Below are positions 15,510 to 26,820 of a stretch of 64,000 nucleotides of DNA, one piece after another (within the stretch, counting starts at the first letter, position 1; every line of letters begins with the position of its first letter). The translations under genes and the position numbers were made by a program. Under the pieces are notes generated by a model. It ran no database searches. It saw nothing but the letters and a program-made list of their open reading frames with translations, and was not told the DNA's origin. Source of the stretch: Candidatus Adiutrix sp. (GTDB taxonomy: Bacteria > Desulfobacterota > Desulfarculia > Adiutricales > Adiutricaceae); contig JAVBLB010000007.1 in the NCBI GenBank assembly GCA_031553735.1, forward strand, positions 30,348-94,347, written 5' to 3'.

Positions 15510-15746
15510 TCATGCGGCGTAGGCGATGATGGGGTCTTCGAAGTATTTTCTGACCCTTTCGGGACGCCGTTGGATGGTCTTCATAGCGGAGCGGACCTTG
15601 CCTTTGACTTGTTCTTTGCTCCGAGCCACCAGGCCAGTTTGGACCTGGTATTTGAGATCACCGTTGAGACGCTCGTCAGGGTTGAGTTCAGGCGAGTATG
15701 ACGGCAGATAAAGTTTATATGGCAGGACTCTGATCGGCGGGAGATG
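15510..15746 (-). mobile_element. IS630-family transposase C-terminal remnant (pseudogene fragment)
   Basis: My translation of the minus strand is HLPPIRVLPYKLYLPSYSPELNPDERLNGDLKYQVQTGLVARSKEQVKGKVRSAMKTIQRRPERVRKYFEDPIIAYAA*. This contains the IS630/Tc1 DDE-region signature LP.YSPELNP.E. The frame is closed by stops just upstream, so only about 78 codons remain. Confidence 0.65.
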
Positions 15747-15977
15747 TCATGATTACCTCAGTTGTCCCGCCGGAACGGGGTCATAATCATTTTTCCGCGA
15801 TTCCTTTTTTTCGAACGGTCTGATGTATATGGCCGCTCTCAGAAAAGGCGTCGCTGGTGATCATGACCCCGCTCGAAGTCTTTGCGGGCTTGAGCTATGC
15901 CCATTGATGAAAATTCGCGCATTCATTCCCCGGCCGGAATTCTCCTTTGCCAGGCGCCGCCCACCGAGCGGTCCCGG

Positions 15978-17843
15978 TCAGGGCATTCCATCAGTTGCCC
16001 CCAATAAACCGACAGCGGCATTCGCCATTTTTTTCAGCCTCTTGAGAAATGAGTGTTTCAATCTCTGGCCGTACAGCCTCGCATACGATTTGGCGGTGAA
16101 AGAAATCGTGAACTTTCCAATATTGCGGTCCAAATAATTGGCCGCCAAGTCGTAGACCTCTTGGCAGGATTCACCAGGGCCAAGTTTATCCAAGACCCGG
16201 CGCAACGAGTGTGAATCATCCCATTTAAATTTTCCAAGCGCATAACCTCGGCCGAGTTGTCGAATCCGTTGAAGATCACGTCTAACAGTCTTCATTTCTT
16301 CATATCGATCGGCTTTAACCGCAAACTGAGGGTCCAGGAGTAATAAATCTCCATCATCCGAAAAAAAGAGATTCTCCAAATGGATATCTCTATGGCATAT
16401 CGAAGTTTTTAATAAAGTTTCAGCGATTTCCTTGATTTGAAAAATTATTTTCCCACGATCCGAGTCTGATAATTGATCAATTATTTCCGCCAAATTGTGC
16501 CCATTGATGAAAGGATAAACTATAAACGAATGTCGGCTGTTATATTTAAACAAAAGTGGTTTTAAAAAATTACGGGGGCCGCGGCCCACCAACCTCAAAG
16601 CCATCAAACATTCGTTTTTGATAAATTCATCGACCTTTCCCCATTTTACAAGTATATCAAGGTCATCCAAGGTTCCGCGAAAAAATTGCCCCCCAGAGCC
16701 AATTGCCCGCGCCAGCGCATATGGCGCAAGACCGGATATTTGAGGGTAAACTTGGATTATATGCTCAATCGCATCATCCGTCGCCGGCAAAGCATCTCGA
16801 TATGCCACCGATCTATCAGCCGGACGAACGAAGTGATAATTATTTTTCTTCATGAATGCATTCAGGAAGAGAAAATATTGATCACAGCGCTGAAAACGGC
16901 TCAATGAATCAGTGCAATCCAGATTGACATCTTTCGCCGCGGAATCCATTTTAGAATAATAATCAGGAGCCACACAGCTTTTATGAATCAGGGCGTGATA
17001 CACTAAAGTATAAAAATAATTCTCCCTATCAGGCACATATATATTATTTTTATTTAAGGACTTATATTTCAAACATTCTTTTTCCCAACGTTGACAATAG
17101 TAGTCGTCACCAAGGTGCCGCAAATCAAAAAAAACCTCCGCATCGCCGACTTTCGTTCGATAATGAACCCGGTAGGGTTCTGCAAATACTCTTGCCGCAT
17201 TCAGGATTAAAGCGGCTTCGGCCAGATTTTCCACCAGAAGATCGATATCGCCGTGAAGTTCATTCTGACAAGACTCAGGCAGATTTTCAAAATTTCTCAA
17301 CACCACATAGTCAATGGTGTTATTCAAAATATAAAAGAGTTCTTTTAAATCCCGCCAACCATTGGTCCCTATCAAATCCTGATCAAGCCTGGTGATGGCC
17401 GGGTTCTTTCCATTTTTCAGGGTGTTCAGATAGTCCCGGCTATTTTGACCCAAAAGTAAAACCAGGTCATGGTTCGATTCGGTCACTGAATTACTGGTAT
17501 GCACAGTACTGCCGCCCGCCCAGTCCCGGCATTTTTGTTTAAACTGAAATAGCTTTTTATTGACGTATTCCATGCCACGGCTGGTGTGTTCAAAAGAATA
17601 CTCCGGGTTTTCATCCCAAACCGAAATCGCCAAAAACCTCCCCGCCCCGCAATCCTTTACTTTAGCGACAGCGTCAGAGAGTTTTACCCCATAAAACCTG
17701 CGGAAATTCGTCAGTACCTTGCCGGCGGACCAGCCAATATCGAACTTTTTTAAAATGGTCAGTTCCCGGTTTAAAGCCGATACAATTTCATCTTCTTTAT
17801 GCCGGCCATTTTCCCAAATTATTACCAGATGAAGCTCGCCCAT
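15978..17843 (-). CDS. AT-rich multidomain protein: unknown N-terminal domain + nucleotidyltransferase-like core + protein-kinase-like C-terminal domain
   Basis: 621 aa. Codon usage and GC are strikingly lower than the flanks. The middle has YVVLRNFENLP..ELHGDIDLLVEN (GxDxD-type NTase-like motif). The C-terminus has LVKWGK, a hinge IVYPFINGHNL, the catalytic loop ICHRDIHLENLFF, and LLLLDPQFA (DFG-position Asp). Confidence 0.6.
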   Translation of the reverse strand: MGELHLVIIWENGRHKEDEIVSALNRELTILKKFDIGWSAGKVLTNFRRFYGVKLSDAVAKVKDCGAGRFLAISVWDENPEYSFEHTSRGMEYVNKKLFQFKQKCRDWAGGSTVHTSNSVTESNHDLVLLLGQNSRDYLNTLKNGKNPAITRLDQDLIGTNGWRDLKELFYILNNTIDYVVLRNFENLPESCQNELHGDIDLLVENLAEAALILNAARVFAEPYRVHYRTKVGDAEVFFDLRHLGDDYYCQRWEKECLKYKSLNKNNIYVPDRENYFYTLVYHALIHKSCVAPDYYSKMDSAAKDVNLDCTDSLSRFQRCDQYFLFLNAFMKKNNYHFVRPADRSVAYRDALPATDDAIEHIIQVYPQISGLAPYALARAIGSGGQFFRGTLDDLDILVKWGKVDEFIKNECLMALRLVGRGPRNFLKPLLFKYNSRHSFIVYPFINGHNLAEIIDQLSDSDRGKIIFQIKEIAETLLKTSICHRDIHLENLFFSDDGDLLLLDPQFAVKADRYEEMKTVRRDLQRIRQLGRGYALGKFKWDDSHSLRRVLDKLGPGESCQEVYDLAANYLDRNIGKFTISFTAKSYARLYGQRLKHSFLKRLKKMANAAVGLLGATDGMP

Positions 17844-18471
17844 TTTATTAAGACCCCACGGACTACAGAAAATCGAACACCGCCATATCGGTCGGTCAAA
17901 CCATTCCGGATTCCCGGCAATAACAACTTTATCAACGCCCCGGAGTGGCCAGGCACCGCCGCGACCGCGTCATGGACGGGTTGCGGCAAATGAAAAGTCT
18001 GTTTGGACCACTATCGGGAATGTTCTCAATTTTACCATTTTTCCATCAGTTGGGGACCAGATTCCCGGTAACAGGTCACCCGAAAACCTATGTGGTCTTT
18101 GCGGAGTGTAAAACGTTTCCATCTCTCCGTCAATATCCGGGCCTCCCGCACAGTGCAAACAGCTCGCCGGGCAGATATTCACCGCGGAATTTGCCGTTGA
18201 CGATTTCACGCGGTCGTTTCCCCAAAGGGCCGCCGATGGCCTGAACACAGTCAACCGCTTTTCGGTGTCGCATTGCCCATTGGGGGTTCAGACGTCTTGC
18301 ATTATATAGCGATTTGTGCCATAATAAAAGCCAAGAGGTGGAGAGGATTCCAAGCCTCTGACGGAAAAGGAAATCGCGGCGGACGACAGTTCGCCGCCCC
18401 CAGCCCGGATAACATTTTTCGCCGGCCGGGAAGCGGTCCCGCCATCCGCCGGTTCCGATACACAGTGATCT

Positions 18472-20157
<1,686 letters not shown>

Positions 20158-20292
20158 TCGCCCTGAATCGCGTTGCTTCCCGATCGCGGCGGCCCGCCGG
20201 CGGCAATTGTAATTATGGGGAAATGGCGTGTATTTAAAACTTGGGGCATCTGTTTCAAAGCTCTATCCGGGGCAGTTTCCCCGGGAACCTAT

Positions 20293-20428
20293 CCGAAACC
20301 GCCCGCCTTGGGGCGGTTTCGGTATCTTTCAAGCTTATCAGCTTGAATCTCAATATTATCGCAAGGTATTGCGATTTGTGGTCCAGGGGACTCTGTCCCC
20401 TGGCAGGGGTTTGGGGACGGAGCCCCCA
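20293..20428 (+). repeat. modular GC-rich palindromic intergenic repeat (family C), copy 1
   Basis: Hairpin CCGAAACCGCCCGCCTTGGGGCGGTTTCGG, hairpin CCAGGGGACTCTGTCCCCTGG, then GGGGTTTGGGGACGGAGCCCC. The same modules occur inverted at 37767-37846. Confidence 0.7.
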
Positions 20429-20553
20429 TGCTTTAAAAGGCCGCCTTTCCGCCATAATGAGAATCGCCGCCCGCCAGGAATACTGTTGACGCCGTTCCCC
20501 TGGAAGGATATTATACTACCACAAAATATCCTTCAAGGTTTTTGGTTTTTTTT

Positions 20554-21189
20554 ATGATCGCCATCATCGACTATCAGGCCGGCAACCAGACCAGCGTCAA
20601 GCGGGCTTTCGACGCCCTGGGGGTGCCTTCCGAAATCACCGCCGATCCGGCCAGGCTCAAGGCCGCCGACGGCCTCCTCTTCCCCGGGGTGGGAGCCGCC
20701 GGCCAGGCCATGGCCCTGTTGACCCGGACCGGGCTGGACGCCGTCATCCGGGAGGCGGCCGGCCTTAGGCCCTTCCTGGGCATCTGCCTGGGCTGCCAGA
20801 TCATGCTGGAATCCAGCGAGGAAGACGGGGGCACCCCGACCCTGGGCATTATCCCCGGCCGCAACCGGCGTTTCGACCCCCGGCTGCCGGACGAAACCGG
20901 CCGGCCCATCCGCATCCCCCACATGGGCTGGAACAACCTGCGCCCCCTGGCGGAGAGCCCGCTTCTGGCCGGCCTCGGCGAGCGGGACCAGTTCTATTTC
21001 GTCCACGGCTACTACCCGGAGCCGTCCCCGGAATACGTCCTGGGCGTCACCGAGTACGGCCTGGAGTTCGCCTCGGTCTTCGGCCGCGACGGCCTGTGGG
21101 CGGTGCAGTTCCATCCCGAGAAGAGCGGCCCCCCGGGCCTTCGGATCCTCAAAAATTTCCATGATTACTGCGTAGCCCGGCGCGGCTGA
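20554..21189 (+). CDS. hisH: imidazole glycerol phosphate synthase, glutamine amidotransferase subunit HisH
   Basis: [24 protein letters not shown]..., GICLGCQ (catalytic Cys), [14 protein letters not shown] use the ATG at 20554 rather than the track start at 20542. Confidence 0.92.
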   Translation: MIAIIDYQAGNQTSVKRAFDALGVPSEITADPARLKAADGLLFPGVGAAGQAMALLTRTGLDAVIREAAGLRPFLGICLGCQIMLESSEEDGGTPTLGIIPGRNRRFDPRLPDETGRPIRIPHMGWNNLRPLAESPLLAGLGERDQFYFVHGYYPEPSPEYVLGVTEYGLEFASVFGRDGLWAVQFHPEKSGPPGLRILKNFHDYCVARRG

Positions 21190-21207
21190 GGCGGACCCGG
21201 AGTACCC

Positions 21208-21984
21208 ATGCTTTCCAAACGCATCATACCCTGCCTGGACGTGCGCGACGGGCAACTGACCAAGGGAGTCCGCTTCCAGGGCAACATCGACCTGGGCGAC
21301 CCGGTGGAGGTGGCCCGGCGCTACTATGAAGAAGGCGCCGACGAAATCGTGTTTTACGACATCACCGCCTCGGCCGAGGGGCGGGGCATCTTCCTGGACG
21401 TGGTGGAGCGGGTGGCCGAGACCATCTTCATTCCCTTCAGCGTCGGGGGCGGGCTGTCCACGGTGGCTCAGATGCGGTCGGTGCTCCTGGCCGGGGCCGA
21501 AAAGGTGTCGGTGAATTCGGCGGCGGTCCAAAATCCCGGACTCATCGCCGAGGGAGCGGCGGCCTTCGGTTCCCAGGCCATCGTGCTGGGGCTGGACGCC
21601 AAAAAAGTGCCGGTGACCGCCGAAATTCCTTCAGGCTATGAAGTGGTCATCCGGGGCGGACGCACCCCCACCGGCCTGGACGCCCTGGCCTGGGCCAGGC
21701 GGGCCGAGGAACTGGGCGCCGGGGAAATCTGCCTCAACGCCATCGACACCGACGGCACCAAAGACGGCTATGAACTGACCATCACCGCACTGGTGGCCGA
21801 GGCCGTTTCCATCCCGGTCATCGCCTCCGGCGGAGCCGGGGAACCCCGGCACCTTCACGAGGTGCTGACCACGGGCCGGGCTTCGGCCGCGCTGGTGGCC
21901 TCCATCGTCCATTTCAACGAATACAGCCTGCCCCAGTTGAAGTCCTATCTCCACGAGCGCGGCTGCCCGGTTCGGCTGATCTAG
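21208..21984 (+). CDS. hisF: imidazole glycerol phosphate synthase, cyclase subunit HisF
   Basis: [24 protein letters not shown]..., [31 protein letters not shown]. Confidence 0.95.
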   Translation: MLSKRIIPCLDVRDGQLTKGVRFQGNIDLGDPVEVARRYYEEGADEIVFYDITASAEGRGIFLDVVERVAETIFIPFSVGGGLSTVAQMRSVLLAGAEKVSVNSAAVQNPGLIAEGAAAFGSQAIVLGLDAKKVPVTAEIPSGYEVVIRGGRTPTGLDALAWARRAEELGAGEICLNAIDTDGTKDGYELTITALVAEAVSIPVIASGGAGEPRHLHEVLTTGRASAALVASIVHFNEYSLPQLKSYLHERGCPVRLI

Positions 21985-23162
21985 AGCGCTTTTCATTTTA
22001 AAGGTCATGAGCATGAAATGAAAAGCGCCCGGATGTTTGCGCGTTTTACAATTTATCTGTCTTTGATAAATTGTAAAACGCTCCAGGATCCGGCCTTTTT
22101 ATCATTATCACCTATTATCATTATCGTATCATTACCGCCCCAAAACCGTCATCCCGGCGAAAGCCGGGATGACGGGAGACGAACGGTACGCCAAAAACTA
22201 TTCAAACCAGGCGGAGCCGGGTTTACACGCCCGCGGAGGCGGGCCCGGCCCATAAAAGAAGAGCGGGGCTGACCCAGCACCACGCTGAAAGTCAACCCCG
22301 CCGAGTAGACCGGGACCAAAAGTCCCTGTTGAGGCAGGCTGGGAGATGAATCCCCCAGAGTATGAGACGGGGTGGGCACCCCAATATATGGAAGGTAGAG
22401 AGGGTCAGGCCCTCGGCAGGAAAATTTTTTTTCAACAGGCCCGCTCCTGTAAAAAACCTTCGGGGCGAAAGTAAACTTTATCATTTAGAGACGCCCAAAG
22501 CTTAAGGTCACTAAGTCGATGGGATTAGATATATTTAAATCACCCGATCAAAACGTCAATTTTTTGGTCAAAATGAGAAATTATATCAGCTAAAATTAGC
22601 TTGCCGTTCTCTTGCTGATATGTAGTAGCGAAAAATGTGCCAACAGTTATCAGAACTCTTAATAAATGCTCCGAGCACTTTTTAAAGTCCGAATCGACCC
22701 GAAAATGACGCCCCTGAAGGCCTCAGCCCTCCCCCGGCCCATCGGGAGTCCGATGATGTCCAGCGCCGCCGAAAGAGCCTTTATTGAGATTTCAAATAAC
22801 ATTTCATCAACTTACAGGGCTGATCAATACATTTGGATTTTTATCGGGCCCGCCCGGCAATCAGAGCCAACAGAGGTCTCCAGAGGCTGGCGGGGTCGAA
22901 AAGAGCCTGAAGCGCTCTTTAGGCTTTGGCCGGACCTCTAAAAATGACCGTATATGGACTCGATCCGGCCAAATATGGGCACGTGACAGCATTTAGTCAA
23001 AACCGATTTGCCGGACTCCCACATCTTGAAAAAATACCCCGGCGGGCACCATATGCGCCCCCGGCCGGACGCCGGCTCCCCCGAATCGGTTCCTGGTACA
23101 TTCCCGAACCCGGGCCGGCGGCCAAAAATGAGGGCCACCGGCGGTGAATTCGGATTTATCGC

Positions 23163-23191
23163 TTGGCTTTCGTCGGATTCCTAACTATAAT
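23163..23191 (+). promoter_or_regulatory. sigma-70-type promoter candidate ahead of a roughly 260-nt gatB leader
   Basis: TTGGCT - 17 nt - TATAAT (23163-23168 / 23186-23191). Confidence 0.45.
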
Positions 23192-23458
23192 GTAAGACGC
23201 TCGCGTCCCGTCCGCAAGGGGGGGGCCATCAGCCCGGCCACCCCCGGGCACCGATCTCTCTAGGCTGTCTCTAAAAAGGCCGGCCCGCTTGGCTTGATGT
23301 GTCGCGGCCCGCGCCGCCATCCCCGGTTACGGCCGGAGGTGATCGATTCGCCGTTCCGGCCGAGAGGGCGGACCCGGCGTCGTTGGGCTCTCCGGGGCCT
23401 GACCGAATGCGCTTCCGAGTGAAACGACCCTTTTAGAGCTGGCCTGAAGGAAGGCCAC

Positions 23459-24895
23459 ATGACCGATATGGAACCCGTCATCGGCTTGGAAATACACACC
23501 CAGCTGAAAACCGCCACCAAGCTTTTCTGCTCCTGCCGCGCCGCCAGTGGCGCCGAACCCAACCGCCACATCTGCGAGATCTGCTCCGGCCAGCCGGGCG
23601 CCCTGCCCCGCCTGAATCTCCGGGCGGTGGAGTTGGCCGCCCTGGCCGGGCTGGCCCTGGGCTGCCGGGTCAATGAAGTCTCCATTTTCTCCCGCAAGAA
23701 CTACTTTTATCCGGACCTTCCGGGGGGCTTCCAAACCTCCCAGCTCGATCCGCCCATCTGCCAGGGCGGCGGGCTGACCATCGGCGACCCGGCCGGAACC
23801 AAGCATATCCGCCTCAACCGCATCCACCTGGAAGACGACGCCGGCAAGTGCCTGCACGACGAACAGCGCGGCCAGACCCTGGTCGATCTCAACCGGGCCG
23901 GCACCCCCCTGATCGAGATCGTCACCGAGCCGGACTTCCGCTCTTCGGGCCAGGTGGTGGAGTTCCTGAAGAAGCTGCACGGTATCCTGGTCCATCTGGA
24001 AGTCACCGAAGGCCGCCTGGAGGAAGGCGAATTCCGCTGCGACGTCAACATCTCCCTTCGGCCCCGGGGGGCGGATTACTTCGGCACCCGCTGCGAAATC
24101 AAGAATCTCAATTCCTTCCGCCACGTGGCCCAGGCGGTGGAATATGAAATCGTGCGTCAGGGCGGCCTCTACGACCAGGGGCGGTCGGTGTTTCAGGAGA
24201 CCCGCCTCTTCGACCCGGCCCGCCAGGAGACCCGGGCCCTGCGGTCGAAAGAGGAAGCCCACGATTACCGCTACTTTCCCCAGCCCGATGTGCCCCCGGT
24301 GGCGGTCAGCCCGGAGCTTCTGGAGCGCCTCAAAGCCGGGATGCCGGAGTTGCCCGACCAGGTGCGGAACCGCCTTCTGGAACAGGGCCTGACCGAGGAA
24401 CAGGCGGACGTGCTGCTGGACCGCCGGCGGGCCGTGGAATATTTCGACGCCGCCTGCGGGCATCTGAGCGAGCCCCGGCGGGTGGCCGTGCTGATGCTGG
24501 AGCTTCTGCTCCCGGCCTGCCAGCGGGACAACATTTCCCCGGCCGAGTGCCGCCTGCCCCCGGCCGGCCTGGCCGCCCTGGGGCGACTGATGGCCGACAA
24601 CACCCTGAGCCGCCGGGCGGCTTACGAACTCTTCCCCGAGCTGTTCGAAACCGGCGGGGACCCGGCCGAACTGGCCCGGGCCAAGGGACTGGGCCAGATT
24701 TCCGACGCCGGGGCCCTGTCGTCCCTGGCGGCCGAGATCATCGCCGCCCACCCCGAGGAAGCCCGCAAATACCGGGATGGGCAGGATAAAATCCTCTCTT
24801 TCTTCGTCGGCCAGTTGATGCGCCGCAGCCAGGGCGCGGCCAACCCCAAGCTGGCCGGGGAAGTCCTGTCGGGCCTCCTGCGGCCGGGCGCCTGA
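23459..24895 (+). CDS. gatB: Asp-tRNA(Asn)/Glu-tRNA(Gln) amidotransferase subunit B
   Basis: 478 aa. EPVIGLEIHTQL, KLFC.C, NLNSFR, and a C-terminal YqeY-like tail (FFVGQLMRRSQGAANP). Confidence 0.95.
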   Translation: MTDMEPVIGLEIHTQLKTATKLFCSCRAASGAEPNRHICEICSGQPGALPRLNLRAVELAALAGLALGCRVNEVSIFSRKNYFYPDLPGGFQTSQLDPPICQGGGLTIGDPAGTKHIRLNRIHLEDDAGKCLHDEQRGQTLVDLNRAGTPLIEIVTEPDFRSSGQVVEFLKKLHGILVHLEVTEGRLEEGEFRCDVNISLRPRGADYFGTRCEIKNLNSFRHVAQAVEYEIVRQGGLYDQGRSVFQETRLFDPARQETRALRSKEEAHDYRYFPQPDVPPVAVSPELLERLKAGMPELPDQVRNRLLEQGLTEEQADVLLDRRRAVEYFDAACGHLSEPRRVAVLMLELLLPACQRDNISPAECRLPPAGLAALGRLMADNTLSRRAAYELFPELFETGGDPAELARAKGLGQISDAGALSSLAAEIIAAHPEEARKYRDGQDKILSFFVGQLMRRSQGAANPKLAGEVLSGLLRPGA

Positions 24896-24952
24896 TCGGC
24901 CGCAACAGGTTGCGATTTTAAAATTATACGCTGATTATACTAAGGATATGCA

Positions 24953-25261
24953 ATGCCCATCGACCTGGAAACCGTTCTGCACACCGCCGAACTGGCCCGG
25001 CTGGACCTGACCCGGGGTTTAAGCCCCGAGGAGGCCCCGGCCGCCCTGGCCAAGCTGGCCGAGGAAATGGCCGGCATCGTCGGCCACATCGACATCCTGG
25101 GCGAAGTCGACACCACCGGGGTCGAACCCCTCTATTCGCCCATGCTGGAGCCGATCGGTCCCCGGGCCGACCGGCCCGCCAACGGCGAGATCACCGAGGA
25201 CATCCTGGCCCAGGCCCCGGACCGCTTCGGCCAGTTTTTCGCCGTGCCCAAAATTCTGTAA
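24953..25261 (+). CDS. gatC: Asp-tRNA(Asn)/Glu-tRNA(Gln) amidotransferase subunit C
   Basis: 102 aa. VLHTAELARLDL..., ...FFAVPKIL. Located between gatB and gatA. Confidence 0.85.
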   Translation: MPIDLETVLHTAELARLDLTRGLSPEEAPAALAKLAEEMAGIVGHIDILGEVDTTGVEPLYSPMLEPIGPRADRPANGEITEDILAQAPDRFGQFFAVPKIL

Positions 25262-25267
25262 GCCGAC

Positions 25268-25332
25268 CGTTACCGGACGACCAATTTTCAGCCAGACCGC
25301 CTTTCGGCGGCGCATCGCCCCACCCGGGGCCC
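25268..25332 (+). repeat. dispersed intergenic repeat family B, copy (downstream of gatC)
   Basis: ..CCGGACGACCAATTTTCAGCCAGACCGCCTTTCGGCGGCGCATCGCCCCA.. is shared with 28837-28945, 35928-36011, 42814-42902 and partly 18252-18288. Confidence 0.65.
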
Positions 25333-25343
25333 GGATATATATA

Positions 25344-26789
25344 ATGAACGCACTCCATCAACTGACCCTGACCGAGGCCGCCGAAAAGCTTCAGGCCCGC
25401 GAAATCAGCGCCACGGAACTGACCACCGCCTGCCTGGCGCGCATCGAGGCCACCGAGCCCACGGTCCAGGCCTGCCTGACGGTCATGGACGATCTGGCCC
25501 TGGACCGGGCCGCCCAGCTGGACCGCGAGGGCCCCGACCCCGACCGGCCGCTGTGGGGCGTGCCGCTGACCCTGAAGGACCTCTACTGCACCAAAGGCGT
25601 GCGCACCACCGCCGCCTCCCGCATGCTGAACCAGTATGTGCCCAGCTACGACGCCGAGGTGGTGACCCGGCTCCAGGCGGCCGGGGCGGTCATGGTGGCC
25701 AAGACCAACCTCGACGAGTTCGCCATGGGGTCCTCCACCGAATTTTCGGCCTTCGGCCCGACCCGCAACCCCTGGAACCCCGACAAGGTGCCCGGCGGCT
25801 CCAGCGGCGGGGCGGCGGCCAGCATCGCCGCCTACCAGACCCCCGGGGCCCTGGGCACCGACACGGGGGGCTCCATCCGCCAGCCGGCCTCCCTGTGCGG
25901 CTGCGTGGGGCTCAAGCCGACCTACGGCCGGGTCTCCCGATACGGCATCATCGCCTTCGCCAGTTCGCTGGACCAGCCCGGCCCCCTGGCCCGCCGGGTC
26001 CGGGACTGCGCCCGGCTCCTGCAGGTCATGGCCGGCCCCGACGAACGCGACAACGCCGTCTCGACCCATCCGGTGGATGACTATGTCTCCGCGCCGCCGG
26101 CCAAACTGCGGGGCCTGAAACTGGGCCTGCCCCGGGAGCTGTGGGAAGCCCGGCTGGATCCCGAGGTGGGCACGGTCGTCCAGGCCGCGGCCCGGGCCCT
26201 GGAATCGGCCGGGGCGGAACTGCGGCCCATGAGCCTGCCGAACCTGCGCTATTCGGTGGCCGCCTATTACATCCTGGCCACGGCCGAAGCCAGCACCAAC
26301 CTGGCCCGGTTCGACGGCGTGCGCTACGGCTATCGGGCCAAGAATCCCAAAGATCTCAACGATCTGTATGTGGCTTCCCGCAGCGAGGCCCTGGGGCCGG
26401 AAGTCCGTCGGCGGATTTTGTTGGGCACCTTCGCCCTGTCGTCTGGCTATTATGAAGCCTATTTCAAGAAGGCGGCCCGGGTGCGCCGCCTGATTCGGGA
26501 CGACTATTTCCGGGCCCTGGAGGAATGCGACTTCCTGTGCAGCCCCATCACCTCCGCTCCGGCCTGGGACTTCGGCAGCTTCGTCGACGACCCCCTGACC
26601 GCCTATCAGTTGGATCTGATGACCCTGCCGGTCAACCTGGCGGGCCTGCCGGCCCTGTCGCTCCCGGTGGGGCTCGGCCCCCAAAGCCATCTGCCGGTGG
26701 GCCTCCAGCTGATCGGCCGCCCCTTCGGCGAGCGCGACCTTCTGGGCGCCGGGCTGGCCTTCGAAGAGGCCTTTCCGCCGCTGTTGTAG
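25344..26789 (+). CDS. gatA: Asp-tRNA(Asn)/Glu-tRNA(Gln) amidotransferase subunit A (amidase)
   Basis: 481 aa. Amidase signature GGSSGGAAASIA, GTDTGGSIRQPAS. Confidence 0.95.
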   Translation: MNALHQLTLTEAAEKLQAREISATELTTACLARIEATEPTVQACLTVMDDLALDRAAQLDREGPDPDRPLWGVPLTLKDLYCTKGVRTTAASRMLNQYVPSYDAEVVTRLQAAGAVMVAKTNLDEFAMGSSTEFSAFGPTRNPWNPDKVPGGSSGGAAASIAAYQTPGALGTDTGGSIRQPASLCGCVGLKPTYGRVSRYGIIAFASSLDQPGPLARRVRDCARLLQVMAGPDERDNAVSTHPVDDYVSAPPAKLRGLKLGLPRELWEARLDPEVGTVVQAAARALESAGAELRPMSLPNLRYSVAAYYILATAEASTNLARFDGVRYGYRAKNPKDLNDLYVASRSEALGPEVRRRILLGTFALSSGYYEAYFKKAARVRRLIRDDYFRALEECDFLCSPITSAPAWDFGSFVDDPLTAYQLDLMTLPVNLAGLPALSLPVGLGPQSHLPVGLQLIGRPFGERDLLGAGLAFEEAFPPLL

Positions 26790-26820
26790 GCCGCTGTGGC
26801 TTTTTGACCACATCTCGAAA

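Noticed and set aside
17970-18254. 94-aa minus-strand ORF containing NICPASCLHCAGG (a CxxxCxxC motif, radical-SAM-like)
   Set aside because: The ORF is far too short for a radical SAM enzyme, has no RBS, and lacks the other motifs (GGE, ribose/SAM-binding). At most it is a decayed fragment, and the motif can arise by chance.
22146-22175. Perfect palindrome CCGTCATCCCGGC-GAAA-GCCGGGATGACGG
   Set aside because: It looks like the widespread short GC-rich palindromic filler found in many genomes. There is no T-tract and no adjacent gene end, so I do not call it a terminator or a specific regulatory site.
22264-22300. GGGGCTGA... resembling the 5' end of tmRNA (ssrA)
   Set aside because: No tRNA-like 3' end (T-arm/ACCA) lies 330-400 nt downstream. 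There is no plausible tag-peptide reading frame and no pseudoknot-like context.
24953-26789. gatB-gatC-gatA gene order as an anomaly
   Set aside because: The order differs from the textbook gatCAB, but all three genes are intact and adjacent. Gene-order variants of this operon are common, so it is not worth a finding.
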